In this document: piece after piece, positions 26,346-36,193 of the stretch
How the letters are laid out: every line of letters begins with the position of its first letter
Numbering within the stretch: the stretch's first letter is position 1
Source: an uncultured virus (IMG/VR IMGVR_UViG_3300031722_000022)
Taxonomy: Duplodnaviria > Heunggongvirae > Uroviricota > Caudoviricetes
Strand: one strand, 5' to 3'
IMG/VR virus record: IMGVR_UViG_3300031722_000022
Length of the DNA: 64,000 bases
The notes under the pieces: model-generated
What the model was told of the DNA's origin: nothing
What the model saw: only the letters and a program-made list of their open reading frames with translations
The model's database searches: none
Translations under genes and position numbers: made by a program

Positions 26346-26451
26346 TGAGTGCAATAGTTTAGCAAAGTAAGATTAAACGTAGTGTGAGTACGTTGTTTCG
26401 TAATAATATAAACTCATAAAACAAGAAGCTCCGTGAGGAGACATTTCATTA

Positions 26452-26486
26452 GGGCTTCTTCCTTGCGGAAGAAGCCTTTCTTTATT
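26452..26486 (+). terminator. intrinsic terminator closing ncRNA unit
   Basis: GGCTTCTTCC-TTGC-GGAAGAAGCC-TTTCTTT. Confidence 0.85.
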
Positions 26487-26499
26487 GTAGGAACATATA

Positions 26500-26715
26500 A
26501 TGAATATTCGTATTGTATCTGAGAACGGCAAGCATAAGTTATATTACGTAGAGTATAACGAGGATGGTTACGTGGAGAATATAAAAGACGAGGTCACCTT
26601 CGTCAGTAAAGAGTTTTCTGTATTTAGACAGATTCTAGCCGCAGCATCTGCTGCAATTCTGCTACCTGTCATAATGGTGAATTCCTGCAACAAAAAAATG
26701 CTAATGAAACAATAA
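26500..26715 (+). CDS. hypothetical protein
   Basis: AGGA RBS, 71 aa. Confidence 0.5.
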   Translation: MNIRIVSENGKHKLYYVEYNEDGYVENIKDEVTFVSKEFSVFRQILAAASAAILLPVIMVNSCNKKMLMKQ

Positions 26716-26717
26716 TA

Positions 26718-27833
26718 ATGCAGACTAAGATTAACGATGTGAAAATAGAAGTAGGGGGCGTGTACAAAACATGCGTTGATGGGGACATAATTGTATTGTC
26801 AAAGAGCGGTGAGTTTTCTAACATCATGTTTTTGGAAACATCCAATGAGTACTGTACGCAGACAAATAAAATAAAGTATGGGAATATAAAAGACAAAAAT
26901 AAAGACAGAACCCCACACTTTATAAAAGATTGCGTGGATGTTCACGGTGAAAAGTACTCGTATGAAAAAACAGTATTTACTATTCAATCAAACAACATAA
27001 TTGTAACTTGTCCTATTCACGGTGACTTCGAGATTCGAGCGAGTTGCCACAAGCAGGGCCAAGGCTGCGCGGCTTGTGCTCGTGATATGCATTCTTCGAA
27101 AATCACTAAAACAACGGCAGATTTCATCGCCGCGTCTAAAGTTAAGTTCGGGGACAAGTTTGTTTATACAAAAACAGAATATCAAGGGACGGATATACCT
27201 GTTATTTTAACATGCCCTGCTCATGGGGACATTGAAATAACACCAGCATCCCACAACAGGTGCATGACTGGCTGTTTGTTATGCAGTTCCGATACGATGA
27301 GTGCTCGTAGGTCTATGGAGTTTAGTGACTTTGTAATGTTGTCAAAAGAGAGGTATGGTGACGTATACTCTTATGATCCTTCAACATATATAAATATGTC
27401 TAGCAAAGCATATGTTACCTGTAAAAGACACGGTGCATGGGGAGTAATAGCTAATAGCCACGTTCATAGGACTTCTGGTTGTCCACAATGCTTGGAGGAG
27501 AGGCGTGGGCATAAAAGAAATCGAAAATGGATACTATATCTATTAGAGTCTGACGGGTTGTTTAAGGTTGGAGTATCCAGCAGGGAAAGTGCTATTGGAA
27601 GGGTAAGAGAAATAAACTCATCAGCATATCCTTTGGTATTCAAGCACGTAATGTCGTTCCAGATGCTAAGGAATGACTGCCTTGATTTAGAGGGTAAATT
27701 ACTTGCTAAATTTAGAGCGCTTGGGTGTAAAAATCCAGAGATGAAGTTTGGTGGGTACACTGAGACATTTAGTGGCCTTCCATTGAATTATGTTATTAAG
27801 ATATTCGAGGACACTGTAAGGAAAGAACAATAA
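26718..27833 (+). CDS. homing-endonuclease-like protein (Zn repeats plus GIY-YIG-like)
   Basis: HGEKYSY...CPIHG...GCxxC repeats; LYLL...FKVGVS...FGGYTETF. Confidence 0.8.
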   Translation: MQTKINDVKIEVGGVYKTCVDGDIIVLSKSGEFSNIMFLETSNEYCTQTNKIKYGNIKDKNKDRTPHFIKDCVDVHGEKYSYEKTVFTIQSNNIIVTCPIHGDFEIRASCHKQGQGCAACARDMHSSKITKTTADFIAASKVKFGDKFVYTKTEYQGTDIPVILTCPAHGDIEITPASHNRCMTGCLLCSSDTMSARRSMEFSDFVMLSKERYGDVYSYDPSTYINMSSKAYVTCKRHGAWGVIANSHVHRTSGCPQCLEERRGHKRNRKWILYLLESDGLFKVGVSSRESAIGRVREINSSAYPLVFKHVMSFQMLRNDCLDLEGKLLAKFRALGCKNPEMKFGGYTETFSGLPLNYVIKIFEDTVRKEQ

Positions 27834-29245
27834 TGGCTAAAAAGAAACTTCCTGTATATGGCCCTGCCTCTGAGACACAAAGACAATTCTTAACGCATGA
27901 AGCACAGTTTGTAATATACGGCGGAGGAGCTGGATCAGGGAAGTCTCACTTAGCTTTGATGTATTCCCTAGCCTTCAAGGATGATCCAGAGTTCCGTGCT
28001 GTCTACATCAGGCAATCTTCCGTGCAACTTTCACAAGCAGGTGGTTTATGGATGGAAATGCAATCCATGTATAAGCCATTCAATCCAGCATTCCGACAAG
28101 ATCGCATGTCTGCAACATTTCCTACTGGTGCATTCGTACAGTGTAAAACTCTTGGTGCTGACAGAGAAATTACTAACTTCGATGGTGGACAATATAGCCT
28201 TGTAGTATTTGATGAGTGCCAATGGCATTCCCAAGAGCAGGTTATGTATTTGCTCTCTCGTATTCGTTCTAAGGCTAAAGGCCCACACAAACTCATAGCA
28301 ACTTGCAATCCGCACCCCGATTCCTTCTTACTGAAATTTGTGACTTGGTATCTGGATCAAGAGACAGGTATTCCAATCCACGAAAGGTCTGGTGTAACTA
28401 GGTATTTCTCGCAGTACCGTGGGGATTTGGTATTTGCTGATACAGCAGAAGAAATGCTTGAGAAGTATCCAAATACAACACCAATGACCTACACATTCGT
28501 TGCTGCTAATATTTATAGCAATCCTGTATTAATGCAACGTGATCCAGAATATGTTCGTCGTCTTGAGAATCTTAAACGTGCTGAACGTGATCGTCTGCTT
28601 TTAGGATCATGGTTTGCTAGAGAAACAGCAAGCAAGTATTGGCAACGTGAATGGGTAGAACTTGTAGACTTTCCTCCTGATGACGCTGTGCGTCGTGTTA
28701 GAGCATGGGACTTAGCTGCAACACTTCCGAGTGAGAGCAACAAAGACCCGGATTATACTTGCGGTGTGAAAGTATCACGCAATAAATTTGGTGTCTATAC
28801 GGTGGAGGATGCCTATCGCTTCAGAAAGTTATCCGGCGATGTCCTCGATGAAATTGTTAAAACAGCAAGAGATGATGGTGTTGATGAGGTTCAAGTAATG
28901 ATTCCTGGGGAAATCGGCGCAGGCCGCTCTTGGTCACAGCACGTTATCCGCGTTCTATCTGAGAATGGTATTCCTGCAAGGCTCGTCCAAGTGTCGGGGC
29001 ATAAAGGAAAGATTTCAAGATTTCTTCCATTCTCTAGCATGTCGGAAGTAGGTAATGTTAAGGTTGTTAGAGGTGACTGGAATGATTGGTTTTATAATGA
29101 GTTAGAATCCTTTGACGGGGGTAGAAAAGGCCATGACGATGCTGTTGACGCATGTGCTGACGCTTTCAGCACACTTGCTAAAACATCTGTGTTGCCAATG
29201 TTTATTCTCCCCTCCATGACAAAGGAGTCCCCTCTCGTCCATTAA
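27833..29245 (+). CDS. terL: terminase large subunit
   Basis: YGGGAGSGKS Walker A, VVFDE Walker B, ATCNP, RAWDLA and HDDAVDA nuclease motifs. Confidence 0.95.
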   Translation: MAKKKLPVYGPASETQRQFLTHEAQFVIYGGGAGSGKSHLALMYSLAFKDDPEFRAVYIRQSSVQLSQAGGLWMEMQSMYKPFNPAFRQDRMSATFPTGAFVQCKTLGADREITNFDGGQYSLVVFDECQWHSQEQVMYLLSRIRSKAKGPHKLIATCNPHPDSFLLKFVTWYLDQETGIPIHERSGVTRYFSQYRGDLVFADTAEEMLEKYPNTTPMTYTFVAANIYSNPVLMQRDPEYVRRLENLKRAERDRLLLGSWFARETASKYWQREWVELVDFPPDDAVRRVRAWDLAATLPSESNKDPDYTCGVKVSRNKFGVYTVEDAYRFRKLSGDVLDEIVKTARDDGVDEVQVMIPGEIGAGRSWSQHVIRVLSENGIPARLVQVSGHKGKISRFLPFSSMSEVGNVKVVRGDWNDWFYNELESFDGGRKGHDDAVDACADAFSTLAKTSVLPMFILPSMTKESPLVH

Positions 29246-29294
29246 CAACATAACACACAATTCATCATTATTCAATTATATTTTCACTTACTAC

Positions 29295-29323
29295 TTGCAA
29301 TTTGGTGAAAAGTGTGTTATAAT
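29295..29323 (+). promoter_or_regulatory. sigma70 promoter for head genes
   Basis: TTGCAA-17-TATAAT with TG extension. Confidence 0.7.
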
Positions 29324-29371
29324 ATTATGTATAAAGAAAATGAAATCATTTAATAATAAATAGGAGGCTTC

Positions 29372-30874
29372 TTGGCAAAGACAACTAAACAAGATGCTAC
29401 GCTAAACGCATCTCTGCTAACGCCAGATGCAGAAGCCCCTGCCTCTCCTCGTATTGCTCTAGGGGAACAAGGTTATCCGGGATTGCGCGTAGCGCTAGGT
29501 AACATTACAGAAGAAGCAAATAGAAAACTTAGAATGCCTTATCTCGTAAGAGAAATTAACGAGATGAAGAAAGACTCAGCAGTTGCTGCTGCATTGTCAT
29601 TTTATAAGACAATGTTAGGACGAGTCAAATGGAATGTTAAAGCCCCCGTGGGGGCAGATGATACACTTATTGAACGTACAGCATTTGTTCGATCATGTAT
29701 GAATGACATGGAACATAGTTGGTTTGATTTCATCTCTAGCATGATGTCTGTTATTGACTATGGCTGGTGCGTCAATGAGAAAGTATATAAGCGTCGTACT
29801 AAGAAAACATCAAAATATAATGATGGCTTAGTTGGCTGGAAAGCATTGCCTGTACGTGCACAATCATCTTGGTACAAATGGCGATTCACAGATGATGGCC
29901 GTTACCTTACTCATTTTGTTCAAGACTTGAATGCTCTTAATCAGAGCGGACAGTATAACACATTGATGGGCAAGTATGGGGCCTTCGTAGAGATTCCTCG
30001 TGAAAAATTTATGTTGTTTCGCACAAGTCCTGAGAATGGAAACATTGAGGGAGCACCAGCACTAAAGAGTGCATGGGTTGCTTGGCGATATAAGAAAGAA
30101 ATTGAAACACAAGAGATGATTGGTATTGGGCGAGACTTAGGTGGCTTGCTGAATATTGAGATTCCTGCGGCATACATGTCTCCTGACGCATCTCCTGCAC
30201 ACAAGGCAGTTTATGAAGACTATAAGAAAGCTGTTCGTAATGTTGCTGTTGGTGAGCAGTCTGGAATTATCACCCCTTCGGATGTGGATGAGACAACCAA
30301 GGCCAAACTATTTAAAGTTGATCTGCTCACGTCCCAAGGTGGTAAGAGCTACGACACTAGCACTATTATTCAGCGCTACACTAGCAATATCCTTGTTTGT
30401 CTCTTTGCTGACTTGCTTCAGCTTGGCAATAATTCTACTGGCAGTTTTGCTCTAGCAGGAAGCAAGGAAAACATTGTTACCTATGCGCTAGACTTTAGGC
30501 TTAGAGAAATTAAGAATGTGCTAGATAATGATCTTATCAAGCAGACATTTGAAATGAATCAGTGGGACACTTCTGTGTTGCCTGAGTTTGTTTATGAGCC
30601 TTTGGATAGTGTAGATATTGAAAGTTTAGGCAAGTTTATCCAACAAACAATGGCCGTAGGCGCACTAGAAGCGAATCGTGAAGTCCTTAACATTGTTAGA
30701 ACCACTATTGGAGCTACAGCATTTCCTGACGATAAAGAACCAATGTTGGAGTATATGAATAAGCCAACGTCAAGGGCCGGTGATGGATATGCGACGGATA
30801 CTGGTGGTTTAAATGGAACATCTGATTCTGCTCCAACAAAAGATAATACTGCTTCAAACAAAGCAAATAAATAA
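29372..30874 (+). CDS. portal protein
   Basis: 500 aa after terL; YGWCVNEKVY, GSFALA motifs. Confidence 0.85.
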   Translation: MAKTTKQDATLNASLLTPDAEAPASPRIALGEQGYPGLRVALGNITEEANRKLRMPYLVREINEMKKDSAVAAALSFYKTMLGRVKWNVKAPVGADDTLIERTAFVRSCMNDMEHSWFDFISSMMSVIDYGWCVNEKVYKRRTKKTSKYNDGLVGWKALPVRAQSSWYKWRFTDDGRYLTHFVQDLNALNQSGQYNTLMGKYGAFVEIPREKFMLFRTSPENGNIEGAPALKSAWVAWRYKKEIETQEMIGIGRDLGGLLNIEIPAAYMSPDASPAHKAVYEDYKKAVRNVAVGEQSGIITPSDVDETTKAKLFKVDLLTSQGGKSYDTSTIIQRYTSNILVCLFADLLQLGNNSTGSFALAGSKENIVTYALDFRLREIKNVLDNDLIKQTFEMNQWDTSVLPEFVYEPLDSVDIESLGKFIQQTMAVGALEANREVLNIVRTTIGATAFPDDKEPMLEYMNKPTSRAGDGYATDTGGLNGTSDSAPTKDNTASNKANK

Positions 30875-30882
30875 GGAGGAAC

Positions 30883-31980
30883 ATGGCTGAAGTTTATTGG
30901 ATTCACTTACCAGAACACACAAACATGTTCTCTCAAGGATATATAGGAGTTAGCAATAGGAACGCGAAAATTAGGTACAATGAACACTTAAACCTTGCAA
31001 GACTAGGGCATACGAGTACGCTTTATAATGCTATGAGAAAATACGCAGACACGGTGTCTTTGAGTGTTGTCTGCGTGTGTGTAGAAGAGTACGCTTATTA
31101 TCTAGAAGAGAAGGTTCGCCCAATTAAGCATACCGGCTGGAACATACAAAAAGGTGGATTTGCACCTCCTAGCCAAACTGGTAAGAAACGAGTTGCGCGT
31201 CGTAGAATAAAGGGCACTCCAGCACATAGACTTTCTGTTTCAAAAAGAATGAAAGAAATGTGGGCAGGAAGAACAAAAGAAGAAAGAATTAGTGCAACTT
31301 CCCACTTAGCAAAATATGCGGGAACACCAGATAATATTGCAAAAATATTAGCTTCTAAAAAGGGGTATAAAGTAACAGAAGATACTCGTAAGCATATGTG
31401 TGCTGCACAGAAGTTACGTGCAGCTAGAGATAGGGAAGATGTTCTTCGTGTAATTAGTATCGCTAAACAAATGTCTAATAATACTCCTTGGCTAGTATCA
31501 GACGCAAGAAAAGACGTTTGGTCAGAAGCAAATGAAATATATAATATTTACTCAAATTGCCCTCACCCAATAAAAGCGCAAGTAGCAAAAGAACATGGAA
31601 TATTTCGCGCCATTGAATTGTCCGCTTTATGGAGAAACTTTGTTGATGGGTGGGTTCCGGCAGAAGATGTGCTATGGCAGGATTGGAAAAACTCATATAA
31701 GCTCCCTGCCAAGATTACAAGGGAAGATTCACCAAAACGAAAGTCTAAATGGGAACACCCCAATGCCAATGTAGAGGTGTGGGCAAAAGCGGATATTCTA
31801 TTTGAAGTGTTTTCAGCAAAAAGTAGGTGTGGAACAAGGGCTTTATCAGGTGATTTTAATGGGTTAACAAGGAACTCTTTCGACTCTATTCTAGATTCTT
31901 TTAAGAGTGGTTGGAACCCACTAATAGATAATAAATGGGCAGAATGGAAAGCCTCAATCAAATGGAGTGAAAATGCTTAA
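30883..31980 (+). CDS. GIY-YIG homing endonuclease with NUMOD3-like repeats
   Basis: VYWI...GYIGVS...RYNEH...LYNAMRKY...GWNIQKGG. Confidence 0.8.
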   Translation: MAEVYWIHLPEHTNMFSQGYIGVSNRNAKIRYNEHLNLARLGHTSTLYNAMRKYADTVSLSVVCVCVEEYAYYLEEKVRPIKHTGWNIQKGGFAPPSQTGKKRVARRRIKGTPAHRLSVSKRMKEMWAGRTKEERISATSHLAKYAGTPDNIAKILASKKGYKVTEDTRKHMCAAQKLRAARDREDVLRVISIAKQMSNNTPWLVSDARKDVWSEANEIYNIYSNCPHPIKAQVAKEHGIFRAIELSALWRNFVDGWVPAEDVLWQDWKNSYKLPAKITREDSPKRKSKWEHPNANVEVWAKADILFEVFSAKSRCGTRALSGDFNGLTRNSFDSILDSFKSGWNPLIDNKWAEWKASIKWSENA

Positions 31981-32821
31981 ACAACTGCTTAGATTTTCTT
32001 CACAAGTATTTAACCAACCTCAATTAATTACTGCTGAAGAATTCTCCCCCATTGTTGATTATCTCTCCAAACGAAATCTTGGAGAGATTTCTATGATGGA
32101 GGATAACGAGGGTGACTATCCAGATAAAGAAAACGAGATTGAAATTACTAACGGTGTAGCCTTCATTAAGATCGAGGGTGCGCTAAGTTACAAACCGGTA
32201 AAGATGATGTGCTCTCCAGAAGGCACAAGTTATGTTGGTCTTGTGGAGCAAGTTACTGAAGCAATCTCCGCAGGAGCAGACACAATCGTGTTTGAACACA
32301 GTTCCGGGGGTGGTCAGGCATTGGGCTGCTTCCTCATGGCTAATGAGGTGCGAATGCTAATGGACGAAGCAGGAGTTAAGTCATATAGCTACATTGACGA
32401 AGGAAGTTATTCGGCGAGTTACGCTTGGGCATGTATCTCTGACGAAGTGATTATCTCTCCAGAGGCATCCTGCGGCAGTATCGGATGTATTTGTGCAATG
32501 ATCGACAACTCTGAGGCAATGGCTAAAGAAGGCTATCGTAGAGTTGTTATTTCAAGCACACCGGGCAAGTCTCCATATAATGAGGATGGCGGCTTCTCTG
32601 AGCAATTCCTTGCAAAGATGCAGGAAGATGTTACACGACTTGGCAATACTTTTGCGGAGCATGTAGCAAAATATACCGGTTTGCCGGTTGACGATATTCT
32701 TGCAATGGATGCTCAAACATTCTATGCAGAGAAGGCTCTTGAAATTGGATTAGTTAATTCAATCATGACACCAAGGGAGTTTATGAATTATTTGATGACG
32801 AAGGGAAGTAACTATGCTTAA
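31973..32821 (+). CDS. prohead protease (S49 family)
   Basis: SSGGG, SYSASYAWA, CGSIGC, KALEIGLVN. Confidence 0.9.
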   Translation: MLKQLLRFSSQVFNQPQLITAEEFSPIVDYLSKRNLGEISMMEDNEGDYPDKENEIEITNGVAFIKIEGALSYKPVKMMCSPEGTSYVGLVEQVTEAISAGADTIVFEHSSGGGQALGCFLMANEVRMLMDEAGVKSYSYIDEGSYSASYAWACISDEVIISPEASCGSIGCICAMIDNSEAMAKEGYRRVVISSTPGKSPYNEDGGFSEQFLAKMQEDVTRLGNTFAEHVAKYTGLPVDDILAMDAQTFYAEKALEIGLVNSIMTPREFMNYLMTKGSNYA

Positions 32822-33347
32822 GGCTGTAATGAAAGCGCTTGGCGCAGATACGGAGCAGGTTGCTCCTGTTGAAGCAAATCAAGATTTGACTAATTTGAAT
32901 ATCAATGAGCAACTTACTGTTGCCTTGGATGAGATTGTTGCTAAAGACAATATGCTTGGTGAATTCACTGCTAAGTTTGACACTATGGCAAAAGAAATCG
33001 AAGGCTACAAGGAGCAACTTGCTAATTTGCAATCTTATGCAGATGAGGCGCAAGCCAAGGCATTGGCTGCTGCTGAAGAATTGAAGGCTAAGGAACTTAG
33101 CGATAAACGTGAGCAACTAGCCGATGTAATCGGCAAGGATAATCCCGGCTTCGATGTTACCTTTGCTGCGTTGCAATCGTTGAATGCGGAAGCATTCGGA
33201 GTTGTGCTTAGTGGCTTTAAGGCTTCATTTGAGACTGAAGCAAAGGGTGCCATGTTTAATGAAGTAGGCATTAGTGGCGAAGCAGAAGTTAAGGCAGAAG
33301 AAGAATCTGAAACTGCACGTATCATCAAACAAACTTACAATAAATAA
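32814..33347 (+). CDS. putative scaffolding protein
   Basis: Acidic Ala-rich coiled coil between protease and capsid genes. Confidence 0.6.
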   Translation: MLKAVMKALGADTEQVAPVEANQDLTNLNINEQLTVALDEIVAKDNMLGEFTAKFDTMAKEIEGYKEQLANLQSYADEAQAKALAAAEELKAKELSDKREQLADVIGKDNPGFDVTFAALQSLNAEAFGVVLSGFKASFETEAKGAMFNEVGISGEAEVKAEEESETARIIKQTYNK

Positions 33348-33362
33348 GAAAAGGAATTACAA

Positions 33363-33782
33363 ATGACTGTTATTGCTACTCGTGGCGACATTTTTAGCGC
33401 AGTTTTCCAGGACGAATACGATCCTTCTAGCTCGATTACTCGTGACGTTGTTACCGTAAATCTAGCCGCAGGCGCTACGCTTGTCCAAGGAACTGTCTTG
33501 GCAAAAGTCACTGCCACTGGCAAGTACATTGTTCAAGACTCAACTCTTGGTGCTGGCGCTGGCCTTGAGGCCGCAGGCGTTCTTATTGGTGCTGACGAAC
33601 TTACTTCAAGTGTTGTTTGTGCGACTACGACAGATACTAAAGTTTTGATGTTGGCAAGGGGGCCAGCAAAAATTGTCGCTGGAAAACTTGTCTATGGTGC
33701 TGGTACGACTACTGCTGCTCATAAACTTGCTGTCCAGAACACCCTTGCTGACAAGGGCATCGTCCAAGTTGCTGCGCTTTAA
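33363..33782 (+). CDS. head decoration protein
   Basis: GTVLAKVTATGKY...AAGVL...LARGP; precedes major capsid gene. Confidence 0.8.
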   Translation: MTVIATRGDIFSAVFQDEYDPSSSITRDVVTVNLAAGATLVQGTVLAKVTATGKYIVQDSTLGAGAGLEAAGVLIGADELTSSVVCATTTDTKVLMLARGPAKIVAGKLVYGAGTTTAAHKLAVQNTLADKGIVQVAAL

Positions 33783-33810
33783 TATAAAATAAGATAAGGA
33801 AATATAACAA

Positions 33811-34821
33811 ATGATTATCCGTAAATTTGGTAGTAGCTTTGAGGTAGCCGACTACACTGGTGAAGTGTTGATGATTCCGAACCAGTGGGGGCTACTCAAC
33901 CAGTCCGGTTTGTTCATGGATGAAGGGGTTAGTGAGTATTCGGTTCAATTTGAACAAACCACTAAAGACGGCGCGCTGATCGTTGACAAGGTTCGTGGTG
34001 AGCGCGCAAGCGCTGGCAAGGATTCTACCAGTAAACTGTTTAGCTGGGCAGTTCCACATTTCCCTTATGACGATGCAATTTTCCCACAAGACATCAAGGG
34101 TAAACGCGCATACGGCAGCGCGGATCAAGAAGAAACGCTCGCCGCCGTTCGCGCACGTAAGCTGGCACGTATTGTTCAAAACCACGCTTGGACTCTCGAA
34201 TACGCACGTTTTCAACTACTGACTGCCGGTACAGTCTACGCCCCAAATGGCACGGTGAGTATGAACTACTTTACTGAAATGGGTGTTAGTCAGACCGTTG
34301 TTAACTTTGATCTAGCTACTAGCACGACCGATGTTATCTCTAAGGTTGAGGCAGTTATTTCGTCTATCCAAGATAATGCAAGTGGTGAGAATGTACAGAG
34401 TGTTATTGGTTACTGTTCTCCTGGCTTTTTTGCCGCCCTAATTTCACATCCTAACGTTAAGGCTGCATATACATACTATGCTTCCACTCAAGACCCGCTT
34501 CGTTCACGGCTGGGTGGAAACACTGCTATGTATCGTACCTTCGATTACGCGGGTATTCAGTTTGTTGAAGTCCGTGGTAACTACGCGGGCAATTTGTTCA
34601 TTCCTGCTAAGGATGCAGTATTTGTCCCGGTTGGTACTTCCTCATTTTTGACTTTCACCGCGCCAGCAAATAAGTTTGACTTGCTGGGAACCGTTGGGGA
34701 GCGTGTTTACGCGTTCGAGTATCCTTCAGAACGAGGGGATAAGATTGTTATTGAGTCAGAAGCCAATTTCTTGAACGCATGTACTCGCCCCGCTCTAATT
34801 GTGCGAGGATATACGGCGTAA
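33811..34821 (+). CDS. major capsid protein (lambda E-like)
   Basis: IPNQWGLL...PHFPYDD...IESEANFLNACTRP. Confidence 0.9.
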   Translation: MIIRKFGSSFEVADYTGEVLMIPNQWGLLNQSGLFMDEGVSEYSVQFEQTTKDGALIVDKVRGERASAGKDSTSKLFSWAVPHFPYDDAIFPQDIKGKRAYGSADQEETLAAVRARKLARIVQNHAWTLEYARFQLLTAGTVYAPNGTVSMNYFTEMGVSQTVVNFDLATSTTDVISKVEAVISSIQDNASGENVQSVIGYCSPGFFAALISHPNVKAAYTYYASTQDPLRSRLGGNTAMYRTFDYAGIQFVEVRGNYAGNLFIPAKDAVFVPVGTSSFLTFTAPANKFDLLGTVGERVYAFEYPSERGDKIVIESEANFLNACTRPALIVRGYTA

Positions 34822-34840
34822 TTAGATAGTCTGCTTTACA

Positions 34841-34962
34841 AAGGGGGCAAAATGCCCCCTTGCTAAAGTTGATTAATTATGATATAATGTTTGTTTTTAA
34901 TGAATTGGGCGAACGGACTGATCCTCCTTCTTGTGCCACTACACAAGATAGCCCACCAATTC
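34841..34962 (+). promoter_or_regulatory. hairpin, sigma70 promoter and three-way-junction leader
   Basis: AAGGGGGC-AAAAT-GCCCCCTT; TTGCTA-17-TATAAT (34860-34888); structured leader 34902-34962. Confidence 0.65.
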
Positions 34963-34977
34963 TTAGTGGGGAACAAT

Positions 34978-35733
34978 ATGAGAAAGCTAACAAGAGAAGA
35001 GTTTATTGCAAAGGTGACTCTCGCAAACAAAGATAAAGGATATGACTACTCCAGTGTTGTATATGTAAACAACAACATAAAGGTAGAGATCATTTGTCCG
35101 ATACACGGTTCGTTCATGTCTAGACCAGATCATTTAACAAAAGGGCGTGGATGCAAAAAGTGTTGTGATGCAGAACGAGGACTTAATAATCGGCTCACTA
35201 AACAAGAAGGTATTTATAAGTTAGAGCAAGTTGTTGACCAAACAAAGTACGATTTATCAAAAGTAGAATATGTGACTTATGACGAAAAAGTTATTGTAAC
35301 GTGTAAAGTACACGGGGATTTTCTAATTGCCCCTAGAACACTACTTAGAGGCTGTGGCTGTAGCCTGTGTATGGATACTGGGTTCAATCCAGGCAAGCCA
35401 GCAAAATTATACATCCACAATATCGTAAATTGCCAGCACAGTTTCACTGGATTTGGTATAACAAGAAACCTAAAGGCTAGGACGAGAAGCCACACTAAAA
35501 ACTTAAATCGTGAAGGTTATTTAATTACAGAGTCCTTTGTTAGTGATGAAATGGATGGTAAGTTTATTCAGCAACTAGAGAATACCCTGAAAGAGACATT
35601 CACAGCTGATTCTGCTACTTCGCATCTAGAAGGTTTTAAACGAGAAAGCACAACAGCCCCATACCACGAAGTAGTAGCATTCGTACAACAATACATAGCA
35701 AACAATAATAAGGAGCCACATGGCGACACTTGA
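34978..35733 (+). CDS. homing-endonuclease-like protein (Zn repeats plus GIY-YIG-like)
   Basis: YDYS...CPIHG...GCKKC repeats; LYIH...GFGIT...EGFKRES. Confidence 0.75.
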   Translation: MRKLTREEFIAKVTLANKDKGYDYSSVVYVNNNIKVEIICPIHGSFMSRPDHLTKGRGCKKCCDAERGLNNRLTKQEGIYKLEQVVDQTKYDLSKVEYVTYDEKVIVTCKVHGDFLIAPRTLLRGCGCSLCMDTGFNPGKPAKLYIHNIVNCQHSFTGFGITRNLKARTRSHTKNLNREGYLITESFVSDEMDGKFIQQLENTLKETFTADSATSHLEGFKRESTTAPYHEVVAFVQQYIANNNKEPHGDT

Positions 35734-36184
35734 CCTAAGCACAGCAGAAGACAGGGTACGCCTTAATATTGGGGACACTTCAGATATTGCATTCTTAACT
35801 ACTGCTGAAATTACGTACTCATTATCTGTAAATAACAACAACGAGAATGCAGCAACTAAGCAATGTGCACAATTTATTCTTGCCAGAATGGCCTACTCGG
35901 GCCATGAGCGCCTAGATAAGCTGGAATTTTATGGTGACACTGTTTTCAACCAGTATATGCGCTTCCTGAAGGAAGTAGTAAACAACCCAACATATAATGC
36001 TACAGCAGGAATTTATGTAGGAGGCCAAGACCTTTTGGATGTCCAAGCCAATCTACAAGATTCTACCCTTGTACAAAAACGCATCATCAATTATCCGAAG
36101 GATAGCTACCGTGATGATGATAAGTCGCTATACAATGTTCCCGACGTCGAAGAAGACGGCTATAACTACTTCAGTAACTATTAA
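35720..36184 (+). CDS. head-tail adaptor
   Basis: DRVRLNIGDT...LTTAEITY; position. Confidence 0.7.
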   Translation: MATLDLSTAEDRVRLNIGDTSDIAFLTTAEITYSLSVNNNNENAATKQCAQFILARMAYSGHERLDKLEFYGDTVFNQYMRFLKEVVNNPTYNATAGIYVGGQDLLDVQANLQDSTLVQKRIINYPKDSYRDDDKSLYNVPDVEEDGYNYFSNY

Positions 36185-36193
36185 GGAGACATA

